Shown piece by piece: positions 26,779-35,409 of a stretch of DNA of 64,000 bases; positions within the stretch are counted from its first letter, which is position 1; each line of letters opens with the position of its first letter. The notes under the pieces were generated by a model. That model searched no databases, was not told the DNA's origin, and was given only the letters and a program-made list of their open reading frames with translations. Made by a program: the position numbers and the translations under genes. Origin of the DNA: Candidatus Eiseniibacteriota bacterium (GTDB taxonomy: Bacteria > Orphanbacterota > Orphanbacteria > Orphanbacterales > Orphanbacteraceae); contig JBDROZ010000111.1 of NCBI GenBank assembly GCA_043809585.1, positions 50,320 to 114,319 on the forward strand, in the 5' to 3' direction.

Positions 26779-27909
26779 CTACCCCCAAGCCTCCTGTGCG
26801 GCGGTCACCGCGCTCCCGAGGTCCACGGGCTTTCCCAAAGTCCGGAGCGCCGCCTCGAGAGCGCCGAGAACGGTGAGGATGTCGGATCGGTCGTAGTAGC
26901 CGAGGTGGCCGATCCGGAAGATCTTCCCCGTCAGGTCCCCCTGGGCGCCGGCCACCCGGATCCCATGCTCCTCGAGGAGGACCCGGCGGATCTCCTCCAC
27001 CTCGATCCCCTCGGGGGGCTCGATCGCCGTCACCGCGTTGTTCGGGTTCCGGCTGAAGAGGCGGAGTCCGAGGGCGGCCGCGCCGGCCCGGCAGGAAGCG
27101 CCGAGCCGGACGTGACGCCCGTGGATCGTCTCGAGGCCCTCCTCGCGAATCCGACCGAGAGAGACGGCGAGTCCCGCGACGAGTGTCGTGGCGATGGTGA
27201 ACCGGGGCTGGCTGGCCTTCTCGTAGGCCGCCCGATTCGCCCGGAAGTCGAAGTAGTACTTGGGAAGATCGGAACGGTCCGCCGCCTTCCACGCCTTTTC
27301 GGAGAGGGCCACCGTCGAAAGGCCGGGGGGGCACATGAGCGCTTTTTGGGAGCCGCAGACCACGGCATCGAGCCCCCAGGCGTCGGTCTTCACCTCGTGG
27401 ACGGCGAGGCTCGTCACCGCGTCGACCACGATCAACGTCTCGTCGCCCCGGACCCGCTCGGCGACGGCCTCGACGTCGTGGAAGGTGCCGGTCGAGGTCT
27501 CGCAATGGGTCAGGAAGACGCCCCGCACCCTTCCCTGTTTCTCCAGCCACTTCCGGAAATCGTCGGCGTCGGTCCCCTCCTCGGGCGGGATCTCGTAGGA
27601 GAGCACCTCGAGGCCGTAGGCGGCGCAGATCTCGCGCCAGCGCCGGCCGAACCATCCGGCCACCACCACGGCGACCCGGTCCCCCCGGCGGAAGAGGTTC
27701 GCCACGCACGACTCCATCGACCCGGAACCGGAGGCGTTGAAGAGGAGCGGCGTTCCGGAGGTTTGGTAGACGTAGCGGAGGTCGTCGGTGACGTTCTTGT
27801 ACAGTTCCCGGAACTCGGCCGACCGGTGATGCATCGGCGCCCGGCCCACCGCTTCGGTCACGTCGTCGGGCACCATGGTCGGTCCCGGGGCGAAGAGTCT
27901 TTCTTTCAT
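26779..27909 (-). CDS. Class V aminotransferase (AGXT / serine-glyoxylate aminotransferase family)
   Basis: Start MKERLFAPGPTMVPDDV at 27909, in an ATGA overlap with engB. An SGSQKAL lysine region is present; 376 aa. Confidence 0.75.
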   Translation of the reverse strand: MKERLFAPGPTMVPDDVTEAVGRAPMHHRSAEFRELYKNVTDDLRYVYQTSGTPLLFNASGSGSMESCVANLFRRGDRVAVVVAGWFGRRWREICAAYGLEVLSYEIPPEEGTDADDFRKWLEKQGRVRGVFLTHCETSTGTFHDVEAVAERVRGDETLIVVDAVTSLAVHEVKTDAWGLDAVVCGSQKALMCPPGLSTVALSEKAWKAADRSDLPKYYFDFRANRAAYEKASQPRFTIATTLVAGLAVSLGRIREEGLETIHGRHVRLGASCRAGAAALGLRLFSRNPNNAVTAIEPPEGIEVEEIRRVLLEEHGIRVAGAQGDLTGKIFRIGHLGYYDRSDILTVLGALEAALRTLGKPVDLGSAVTAAQEAWG

Positions 27910-28492
27910 GATTCGTTCAAGCTCCTGATCCAGCCGGTCAGGGGCTCCCTGCCGGCGCCGGTCTTCGCGGAAAAGAGGAGAATCTGCTCCGGGCGGAGTT
28001 CGAGCGTTTCCGTGATTCTGTCCACCGCCCCCCGGATCTCGCCCCGCTTCAGTTTGTCCGACTTGGTGAGCACCGCGAGCCAGGGGATTTCCCGGTCCAC
28101 GAGCCACCGGCTCATGATCCGGTCCATCTCGTTCGGCACCCGCCGGAGGTCGAGGACGAGCAATCCCGCCGCGAGGCTCTCCCTCTTCTGGAGATACCCC
28201 TCGACCAGCGCCCCCCATGCACGGCGCACGGAATCGGGGACATCGGCGAACCCGTACCCCGGGAGATCGACCAGATAGAGCCGGTCGCCCCGGTAGTAGT
28301 TGATCGCCCGGGTCCGTCCCGGGGTCCGGCTCGTCCGGGCCAGATCTTTCCGCCCCCCGAGGACGTTCAGGAGGGACGACTTTCCGACGTTCGATCGCCC
28401 GAGAAGGGCCACCTCCGGATGGTGCGGGCGGGGCAGGTCACCCAGCTTCGTCACCGACCGTTCGTATTCGAGGGACAGGGGTTTCTTCAAGT
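27906..28492 (-). CDS. engB: Ribosome biogenesis GTPase YsxC/EngB
   Basis: GRSNVGKSS G1 motif and DLPGYG G3 motif. Likely start TTG at 28492, 5 nt after a GGAGG RBS. Confidence 0.85.
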
Positions 28493-28619
28493 TCCTCCTA
28501 CCTCGCCGATTCCCGACCTCGAATTGTACCGATTCCGGGGCCCCAATCCAACAGGGAATGGAGGGAGGCATTACCCGTCCGCGCCCATCCGCTCCGCAAT
28601 GTGTGGGAGACCGGTTCCG

Positions 28620-28665
28620 CCCGGGCCCTTCGATACGGACCTTCGGTCCTACTCAGGACAGGCCT
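28620..28665. repeat. Repeat family A copy (ccttcgatacgg...cctactcaggac structured element)
   Basis: Shares about 40 bp with the elements at 54181-54245 (inverted) and 58504-58545. Confidence 0.6.
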
Positions 28666-28689
28666 CCGACCGTTGCCCACATCGGCGGG

Positions 28690-28860
28690 GCGTGGGAGCG
28701 GCTCCGGGAGGGATGAAGGGGCAGACTTGAACGCTCGTCGTGCTGCGGGAGTCAACCCTCCCATTCTCCGGGCTCGTAGAGGAGGCGCCCAGGAAGACGG
28801 CAACAACTCCCCGGTTATGCCCCCATCCCTCCCGGAGCCGCTCCCCCCGCCTCGCCGTCC
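28690..28860. repeat. Repeat family C copy (about 170 bp)
   Basis: About 85-90% identical to 42185-42350 (cggctccgggagggatg...gaacgctcgtcgtgctgcgggag...cctcccattctccgg...ctcgtagaggaggcg...). Confidence 0.65.
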
Positions 28861-28888
28861 TCCGGACGGATGCGGAATCCGTACCGCG

Positions 28889-29075
28889 CTCATGGCTTCG
28901 GAGTGAGCGGGGGACTGGTTCCGCCCGAGGCTCCGGCTCGGAAGACATCAGTCCGACTTCAGCGGACCCTGTCCCCCTCCGAGGGGGTACCGCACGCGAA
29001 GATCACCATTCCAGGGTGCAGAGGAGGAGTCGGAGGAGAACGGAACCCGCCGGCTCCGTCTACTCTGCAGGCACC
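28889..29075. repeat. Repeat family B copy (about 150-190 bp structured element)
   Basis: The core cttcggagtgagcgggggactggttccgcccgaggctccggctcggaagaca ... attccagggtgcagaggagga recurs at 55181-55335 (same orientation) and 41893-42075 (inverted). Confidence 0.65.
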
Positions 29076-30577
29076 AAGAACACCACCACCGTGTCGGCGG
29101 CGGTGGAGTGGGTGTCGTCGGTGACGGCGGCGACGATGTGGACGGCGAGGGTCCCGGAGGGGGACTCGGCGAATGTGTAGTAGGGCGAAGCCCACGCCGT
29201 GGAGTCGTCGAGGGCGACCGCGAAGAGGGAGTTGCCTACGGTGACGAAGACAGAGTCGGGAGCCGCGCGGCAGGAGGCGGCGACGGTCCCCCCCCGGATG
29301 GAGACGCTGTCGCCCGTCACGAAGTAGGAGCCTTCCGCGGGTGAATCGATCAGCACTTCGAGAGGGATGGACTTGAACTCGATGCTGTCCGCGGCCCCTC
29401 GAACGTAGAAGTCGTTCTTGAATTGGGCGTGGACGAAATAGGTTCCGGATGTGTCCCCAATTTCCCAGCTCTCGATTGACTTGTAGGGGACCCACTCTTC
29501 ATCGGCGAAGGACGTATCAGGAGAGAGCTTCATGTAGATCGCATCCGCGGTGATGGTCAGAGTGACCTCGCAATCGTACGCGATTTCGTTTCCTCCGTCG
29601 AGAACCAACGAGGCGAACGACAGATCGGCAGGCCATATCGAATCAGCGACCACCGTGTCGACACCGAACTCGGTGGAGAACTCGGCGAAGAGCACCTTCT
29701 TCATGAGGGTGCCATCCAGTAGCCACGAGACCAGGGTATCCACGCTCTTCGTTGAATCGATTTCAGGTATCAGATCCCCATCATCGCCGAAGTTCTCGTC
29801 GGCGCTGAGAATCAAGCGGGTGAGGTTGCTCCCTGAAACCTCCGCCTGGACCCAGCGCCGGGCGGTGGTTGAAGCGCCCCCGGCGAGGATCACCGTTCCA
29901 TTCGTCGCGGCAGTCGCGATGGTGTCGGACACGAAGGGAGACTCCTCCCCCCCCTCTCGCCGGACCTTCATGTAGATCCTCTTCGTCCCCTTCCCCTCGC
30001 TCAGGGTCCACGTTCTGGCCGAGTCGAAGGGTTCCCACGACACCCCCTCGAGAAGGGTGTCCTCGGCGAGGAGCATCTCGTCGGCGAAAGCGGCGCCCAC
30101 GAAGAGCGATACCTGGCGCACCGCCGTCTCCCCGGCGCCCCCCGCGATCTCGAGGAAGGGGGGGACCGAGACCGAGTCGAGTCCTCGCCCGGTGGTGTCC
30201 GCTTCCGATCCGTCCGCCCCGATCGGGGCGATCCGGTACCAGCTCTTCGCGAAGTAGACCGGGTGGGGCTCGACCCACGTCTTTGCGGTCCCGCCCGCCG
30301 TGTCGACCCGGGCGAAAAGAGAGTCGAACTGGCTTCTCCGGAAGATCGTGATTCCCTGAAGCCCCGGCACGCCGAAGGCGTTCCACTTCAGGCTGACCCT
30401 TCCCTCCGCATAGACGGCGTCCAGCCCGTAGTGGGGAGCCCCGCCGGTGTTCGGGTTGTCCGGGTCGAAGGGATTGACCGGTCCCTCCCGGCCCGGCTTC
30501 GAGTCGCACCGCGCCGCGGCGATCGCCAAGAAGAGCAGGATCGAAAGGAGAAGCCCGCGCCGCACCGATTCGCCCAT
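29060..30577 (-). CDS. Hypothetical secreted lipoprotein-like protein (505 aa)
   Basis: N-terminal signal peptide ending ...LAIAAARC; no recognisable catalytic motifs; GC3-rich coding signal. Confidence 0.5.
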   Translation of the reverse strand: MGESVRRGLLLSILLFLAIAAARCDSKPGREGPVNPFDPDNPNTGGAPHYGLDAVYAEGRVSLKWNAFGVPGLQGITIFRRSQFDSLFARVDTAGGTAKTWVEPHPVYFAKSWYRIAPIGADGSEADTTGRGLDSVSVPPFLEIAGGAGETAVRQVSLFVGAAFADEMLLAEDTLLEGVSWEPFDSARTWTLSEGKGTKRIYMKVRREGGEESPFVSDTIATAATNGTVILAGGASTTARRWVQAEVSGSNLTRLILSADENFGDDGDLIPEIDSTKSVDTLVSWLLDGTLMKKVLFAEFSTEFGVDTVVADSIWPADLSFASLVLDGGNEIAYDCEVTLTITADAIYMKLSPDTSFADEEWVPYKSIESWEIGDTSGTYFVHAQFKNDFYVRGAADSIEFKSIPLEVLIDSPAEGSYFVTGDSVSIRGGTVAASCRAAPDSVFVTVGNSLFAVALDDSTAWASPYYTFAESPSGTLAVHIVAAVTDDTHSTAADTVVVFLVPAE

Positions 30578-30579
30578 GA

Positions 30580-31290
30580 TCAGAACCTCACCTGGAGGAC
30601 GACCGCCGACCCCTCTCCCGGGGCGTACGCCGGTCCTATCGCGACGGGTCCCGCGTTCTCCAAGTCGCCAAAGGGAAAGGCGAACAGGGCGTCGAGCAGG
30701 GAGAGCCCGTACACCGCGGCGGCCGTCACCAGCGCGCCGTCCCGGTTCCTCTCGGCGTCCGACATCTCGTCGTACTTGGCGTCCCGCGCCGCGCGGTTCC
30801 GGGCGATCGCCTCTTCGGTGACCGCCGCCCGGTAGAGATCACTCATCTCCTCGAAATCATCCCGCCGGGCCTGAAAGGTCCCTTCCTGCCAAGCCGCGTA
30901 GCCCAAGACAACCGCCTCCGCGAGGAAGTAGAGGGCGCCTCGCATCGGGTTTTCGTTGTACGCCACGCCCCATCCGGGCACGACAAGGCCCCGCCAGAGA
31001 GCGTCCTGCCGTCGTTTCTTGTGAAGGTAGTGGATCCGGGTCTCCCCGCGGGATTCCAAGAGGTGAACCTCTTCGGTAATCCTCTCGTAGCCGCGCCGCT
31101 CGAGGATGATCTCGTGGAGTCCGGGGGCGAGACGGATCTCATTTTGCGGGAGGGGGCCGTATGATCGGCCGTCGACTCGGAGGTGGGCGCCCGGCGTTCC
31201 TTTCACGGTGAGTGCGCCTTCGTCGGCCCGGGCCGGTACGGCCGACAGGGCGATCCCCGACGAGAGCAGGAGCAGGGAGAGCTTGCGCAC
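30580..31290 (-). CDS. Secreted PEGA-domain protein
   Basis: Probable GTG start giving MRKLSLLLLSSGIALSAVPARA. PEGA-like segment ALTVKGTPGAHLRVDGRSYGPLPQNEIRLAPGLHEIILERRGYE. The ORF track start at 31356 is probably too long. Confidence 0.5.
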   Translation of the reverse strand: MRKLSLLLLSSGIALSAVPARADEGALTVKGTPGAHLRVDGRSYGPLPQNEIRLAPGLHEIILERRGYERITEEVHLLESRGETRIHYLHKKRRQDALWRGLVVPGWGVAYNENPMRGALYFLAEAVVLGYAAWQEGTFQARRDDFEEMSDLYRAAVTEEAIARNRAARDAKYDEMSDAERNRDGALVTAAAVYGLSLLDALFAFPFGDLENAGPVAIGPAYAPGEGSAVVLQVRF

Positions 31291-31602
31291 GATACGAATC
31301 CTCCGCCGGGCATACCGGCCGCCACGAATTGTACCAGTAGGGCCTTGAGGATACACGAATTTCCTACTGCGTCTTCGGTTCGCGGGATGGAAGGCCTCCT
31401 TTCCTTCGCCGCTTCCTCAACGGGGCTAGGGGCCCCGCCTCCGGGAGCGGCTCGTCCAAGTCGGCCTTTCACCACGCGAACCAAACCCTCGTGACGGAAG
31501 TTCATGTATCCTCCAGGCCCGGCCTCCCGGACAGCGGCGATGTGTTTTCCTACGTACAGGAACATGAGTCCACAATTGATGACAAGCCCGGACAGGAGTA
31601 AG

Positions 31603-33574
31603 ATGCGCTTCAAGAACGACTTCGACGGTTCGTTCCGGGCTTCCGCGCGGCGGGGCGGCGCGCGGCGCCTCTCTCGTCATGTTCTGCTCCGGAGGGGGGC
31701 TCCTCTGATCTTCCGAGTCATTCTCGGCTTCGCCGCCCTGGGGGCGATCGTGGGACTCGTCCGGGGGGGCATCGACGTGGCCGCCGAGCGGTATCTCTCC
31801 CTCGGCCTCGGGCGGAACGCCGCGCTCCTCCTCGAGGGGGAAGTGAACCGGGCCGCCGTCGGGGGGCTCGCCTTCGCCGTCCTTTCCTATCTCGTGGGGC
31901 GGATCGTCGGGCGCGTCTCACCTCGGCCCGTCCGCCACCCCCTCTCTCTCGGCATCTCCGTCACCCTGGGCGTGATCCTCCTCCTCCGGTTCGGGTGGAG
32001 CTACAACCGGTATTCCGTCTTGACCCTTTGGACTGAGAAGGCGGCCGTTCTCGGCGCCCACCTGCCGAAGGCTCTCGTCCACCCGAAGGCGCTCGCCGTG
32101 AACGGGGGGATCGTGGCCGTCGCGGTCGTGGCGGCCGTCGTTCTCTATCTTCCGATGCGGGCGTGGCTCGCCCGCCGGGGGGGGGGAGCGGTTCCCTCTC
32201 CGGCGGACGGTGACGGCGCTCACCATTCTGGGGACGCTCCTCATCGTCGCCGCGAACGCCGCGGATCCCCTGCTTTTTCGGGGTCGCCGCCCGGAAGGCC
32301 CGAACGTCCTTCTCGTCTCCCTCGACAACCTCCGGGCCGACGGTCTCGGATGCTACGGCGCCGAACGGCCGACGTCACCCGCCATCGATGCCTTTGCCCG
32401 GGAGTGCGTCCTCTTCGAGAACGCCCACAGCCAATCCCCCTACACGCTCCCTTCCCACGCTTCGTTCCTCTCCTCCCGCTACCCGTCGGTGAACCACGCG
32501 AGCATCCGAGGCAACCGCCTCCCGGCGGCGCGGGTCCTCGGGACCGAGCTCTTCCGCGAGGCGGGGTACCGCACCTTCGGGATCGTGGACACGCCCTTCC
32601 TCACCGACCGGTACGGGCTCGAGCAGGGGTACGATCATTTCGTCGGGTGGGGGCGGGGGGGGGCGCACATCGTCCCGGCGGCCCGGAGCCGGCTCGAAAA
32701 GACCGTCGGGACGCCCTTCTTCTTCTTTGTCCACATCTACGACATCCACGCGCCCTACGCCAAGGACCCGGAGTACCGGAAGATGTTCCTCGACTTCGAC
32801 TATGGGGGGAGCGTCTCCTCCGAGGGGCACGTCCTCGCCCGGTGGCAGAAGATGAAGAAGGAGGGGGAAGACCCGGGGTTCGAGATTGCCGAGGAGGACG
32901 GGCGCTATCTGGAGGCACTCTACGATGGGGGGATCCGGTCGACCGACGACCTTCTGGTCGGTCTTCTCGACGACATCTCGAAAGGACCCCTCGGCGAGAA
33001 CACGATCGTGATCATCACCGCCGACCACGGCGAGGAGTTCCTCGAGCACGGCCAGGTTCTTCACGACGACCTCTATCGCACGCTCACCCACGTTCCCCTG
33101 CTGATCCGGCTGCCCGGCGGCGTACGGGGGGGAACGAGGATTCCCGACCCCGTGGGGCTCATCGACCTTCTGCCGACTCTGATCGACCTGACCGGCATTC
33201 CGGCGCCGGTCCGCCTCGACGGGCGGTCCCTCGTCCCCCTGATCGAGGGGGGGGAGAGGCCGGACCGCCCGGTGTTCGGCGAGATGCCCCGGGGTGGGGG
33301 GAGGGTGGCGGTGGTCCGGGGCCGGTGGCACCTGGTCGGCCACCCGGACGGTGAACGATGGGAGCTCTATCGATACGGCGAGGACCCCTTCGAGCAGGTC
33401 GACCTTTCGGCGGACCGACCGGAGTTGGTCGATTCGCTTCGGGCGATCCTCGATGGGTGGCTCCTCGATCTGCAGGCGCAGAAGTTCGAGGAACCGCACC
33501 TCAAAGCGAAGGCGGCGGACGTGGATGAAGAGACCCGGGAGCGCCTGCGCGCCCTCGGCTACCTGGACGAGTGA
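31603..33574 (+). CDS. LtaS/EptA-like membrane-anchored sulfatase-family (alkaline phosphatase superfamily) enzyme, frame interrupted at a poly-G run
   Basis: The N-terminal domain of 4-5 TM helices is in frame 1 (good GC3 bias). The sulfatase domain (LVSLDNLRADGLGCYG, ITADHGEEF) is in frame 2 from about 32210. The join lies in a G homopolymer near 32175-32190. No CxPxR formylglycine motif. Confidence 0.6.
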
Positions 33575-33592
33575 TCTCCTCTCCGCCCGCGG

Positions 33593-35281
33593 CTAGTGCA
33601 CGAGCAGCATCTTGCGGGTCGCCGTTCCCTCATCCGTGACAAGGCGGTAGAAGTAGGTCCCGGAGGGGGCCGGAGCGCCGTTTCCGGCGCGGCCGTCCCA
33701 AACCGCCTCGTGTTCCCCCGCGCCCAGGGTGCCCCGGCGAAGCGTCCGGACGAGCCGTCCCGTCACGTCGTAGATCGAGAGATTCCCATCTCCGCGGCGA
33801 TCCAATGTGAAGCGGATCGTCGTCGCGGGGTTGAACGGGTTCGGCGTGTTCGGATAGAGGGCGTGCCGGGTCGGGATGTCACCGTCCCCCGCCGCCTCGG
33901 CGACGCTCGTGGAGACGAGGGGCTCCGCGAGCTCCCCGATCGTCGCGATCGACGCTTTCGTCACCTTCATGCCGAAGTTCCCGTCGTTCAGGTCCGTCCT
34001 GTCGCAGGAGCGGTGGTAGCACGGGTACTGCCCGTACTCGGTCTCGATGATCTCGATCGCCGGATACCCCTGCTCGATGAAGGAGACGTGGTCGGAGCCG
34101 GAGTAGCTGTAGGTGATCTGGGTGCCGAGATCGGTGTACTCGGCAGAGGCGTCGGCCCAGAGATTCCGGAGCCAGGAGTAGGAGCCGACGGACCCGATAT
34201 TCACCTGGTAGAGCTGGTCGTGCCACGCCACCATGTCGCAGTTTACGACTCCGATGATGTTCTCGCCCGCCGCCGCGGCCGCCTGGGCGTAGTTCCTCGA
34301 CCCCTTCAGGCCCTGCTCCTCGCCGGTCCAGGCGCAGAACTTGATGGTGGAGCGAAAACCGTAGTCCTTCATGATCTCGGCGGCGGTGAGCACCACGGAC
34401 GTGCCGCTCGCGTTGTCGTTCGCCCCCGGGGCATCGAGGGAGCCGTTGATATTGGTCGCGTCCATGTGGCCGCAGAGAATGACCACGTTCCCCGGCGTTT
34501 CCGTCCCCGGCAGGGTGGCGATGACATTCCTGGCGACGGTGTTGTTGAACGTGAAGGTGTCGAACTCCACTTCCGTGAATCCCATGGCGAGGAACTGTTC
34601 GTAAACGTAGCGCTCCGCCGTGTCGCAGTCGGCGTGGAAAGTGTTCCGCGAGAGAATCGTGTCCGGCACGCCCCCGATCAGGACGCCGTTGTTCCCGGCC
34701 AGGTTCCCGATCCATTCCATGAAGCCCGCCGAGTCGGCCCGGGCGACCATCTGGTCGATGAGGGGGCCGAAGGTCGTGACCGGCGCGCGGAGGTGCTCCG
34801 GCGGGCCATCGAGGACGGGGCGCCGGATCGGCTCGGAGCGCAATGTCCGTTTTTCGAGATCGACGTACGGCTCCCCTTCGGGCAGGAGGCCGGAGGCGGA
34901 CACGATCGAGTTCCACCCGTCGCTCCAGACCAGCTTCGAGACGGACCCCCCTTCGAGCCGGGCAGGATCGATCAGCCCGGGGATGGAGACCGGGCCCCGG
35001 CCGCGGACCATCCAGATCGCCTCTCCCTCGGGAGCGGAGAAGGGCCCTTCGACCCGGAAGCCTGCATCCTGGAGGAGGCCGGCGGAAAAACCCTCCCGGA
35101 GCACGAGAATCTCCGGCGTCATGCCGTAAACGTCCGCCCCCGAGTCCCACGCCCCTTCCAAAGTCCGGTCCCCGTCCAGGGGGACCACCCAGAGCGACGG
35201 GGCCGGGGTCGCGTCGCCCGCGTCGCCCGCGTGGGGGATGAAGAAGAGCAGGGCCACGATGAGCGGAATCCGGCGGTTCAT
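33593..35281 (-). CDS. M28-family zinc aminopeptidase with T9SS C-terminal sorting domain
   Basis: HMDATN...GANDNASG M28 metal-binding signature. C-terminal NTPNPFNPATTIRF...GTYFYRL...RKMLLVH. Signal peptide; AGGAG RBS. Confidence 0.85.
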   Translation of the reverse strand: MNRRIPLIVALLFFIPHAGDAGDATPAPSLWVVPLDGDRTLEGAWDSGADVYGMTPEILVLREGFSAGLLQDAGFRVEGPFSAPEGEAIWMVRGRGPVSIPGLIDPARLEGGSVSKLVWSDGWNSIVSASGLLPEGEPYVDLEKRTLRSEPIRRPVLDGPPEHLRAPVTTFGPLIDQMVARADSAGFMEWIGNLAGNNGVLIGGVPDTILSRNTFHADCDTAERYVYEQFLAMGFTEVEFDTFTFNNTVARNVIATLPGTETPGNVVILCGHMDATNINGSLDAPGANDNASGTSVVLTAAEIMKDYGFRSTIKFCAWTGEEQGLKGSRNYAQAAAAAGENIIGVVNCDMVAWHDQLYQVNIGSVGSYSWLRNLWADASAEYTDLGTQITYSYSGSDHVSFIEQGYPAIEIIETEYGQYPCYHRSCDRTDLNDGNFGMKVTKASIATIGELAEPLVSTSVAEAAGDGDIPTRHALYPNTPNPFNPATTIRFTLDRRGDGNLSIYDVTGRLVRTLRRGTLGAGEHEAVWDGRAGNGAPAPSGTYFYRLVTDEGTATRKMLLVH

Positions 35282-35409
35282 GTTTCGTCTCCTGTGCTCG
35301 TTCGGCCCCGGGAAGAACGCGCCTCGTCCCCCCGGCGACTTTCTTCGATCGTGCTGGCGGTGACCCTACTTTCCCCTCGAATCGCCGGTTCGCCAAGCCC
35401 CGCTCCGGA

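Noticed and set aside
28889-29075. Repeat family B as a housekeeping structured RNA (RNase P RNA, tmRNA, SRP RNA, 6S)
   Set aside because: Conserved cores (RNase P GGAAAGUCCGG/ACAGAACCCGG, the tmRNA tRNA-like end and tag ORF, the SRP GGAAGCAGC region) are not present. Three copies in varying orientation point to a dispersed repeat, not a single-copy RNA gene.
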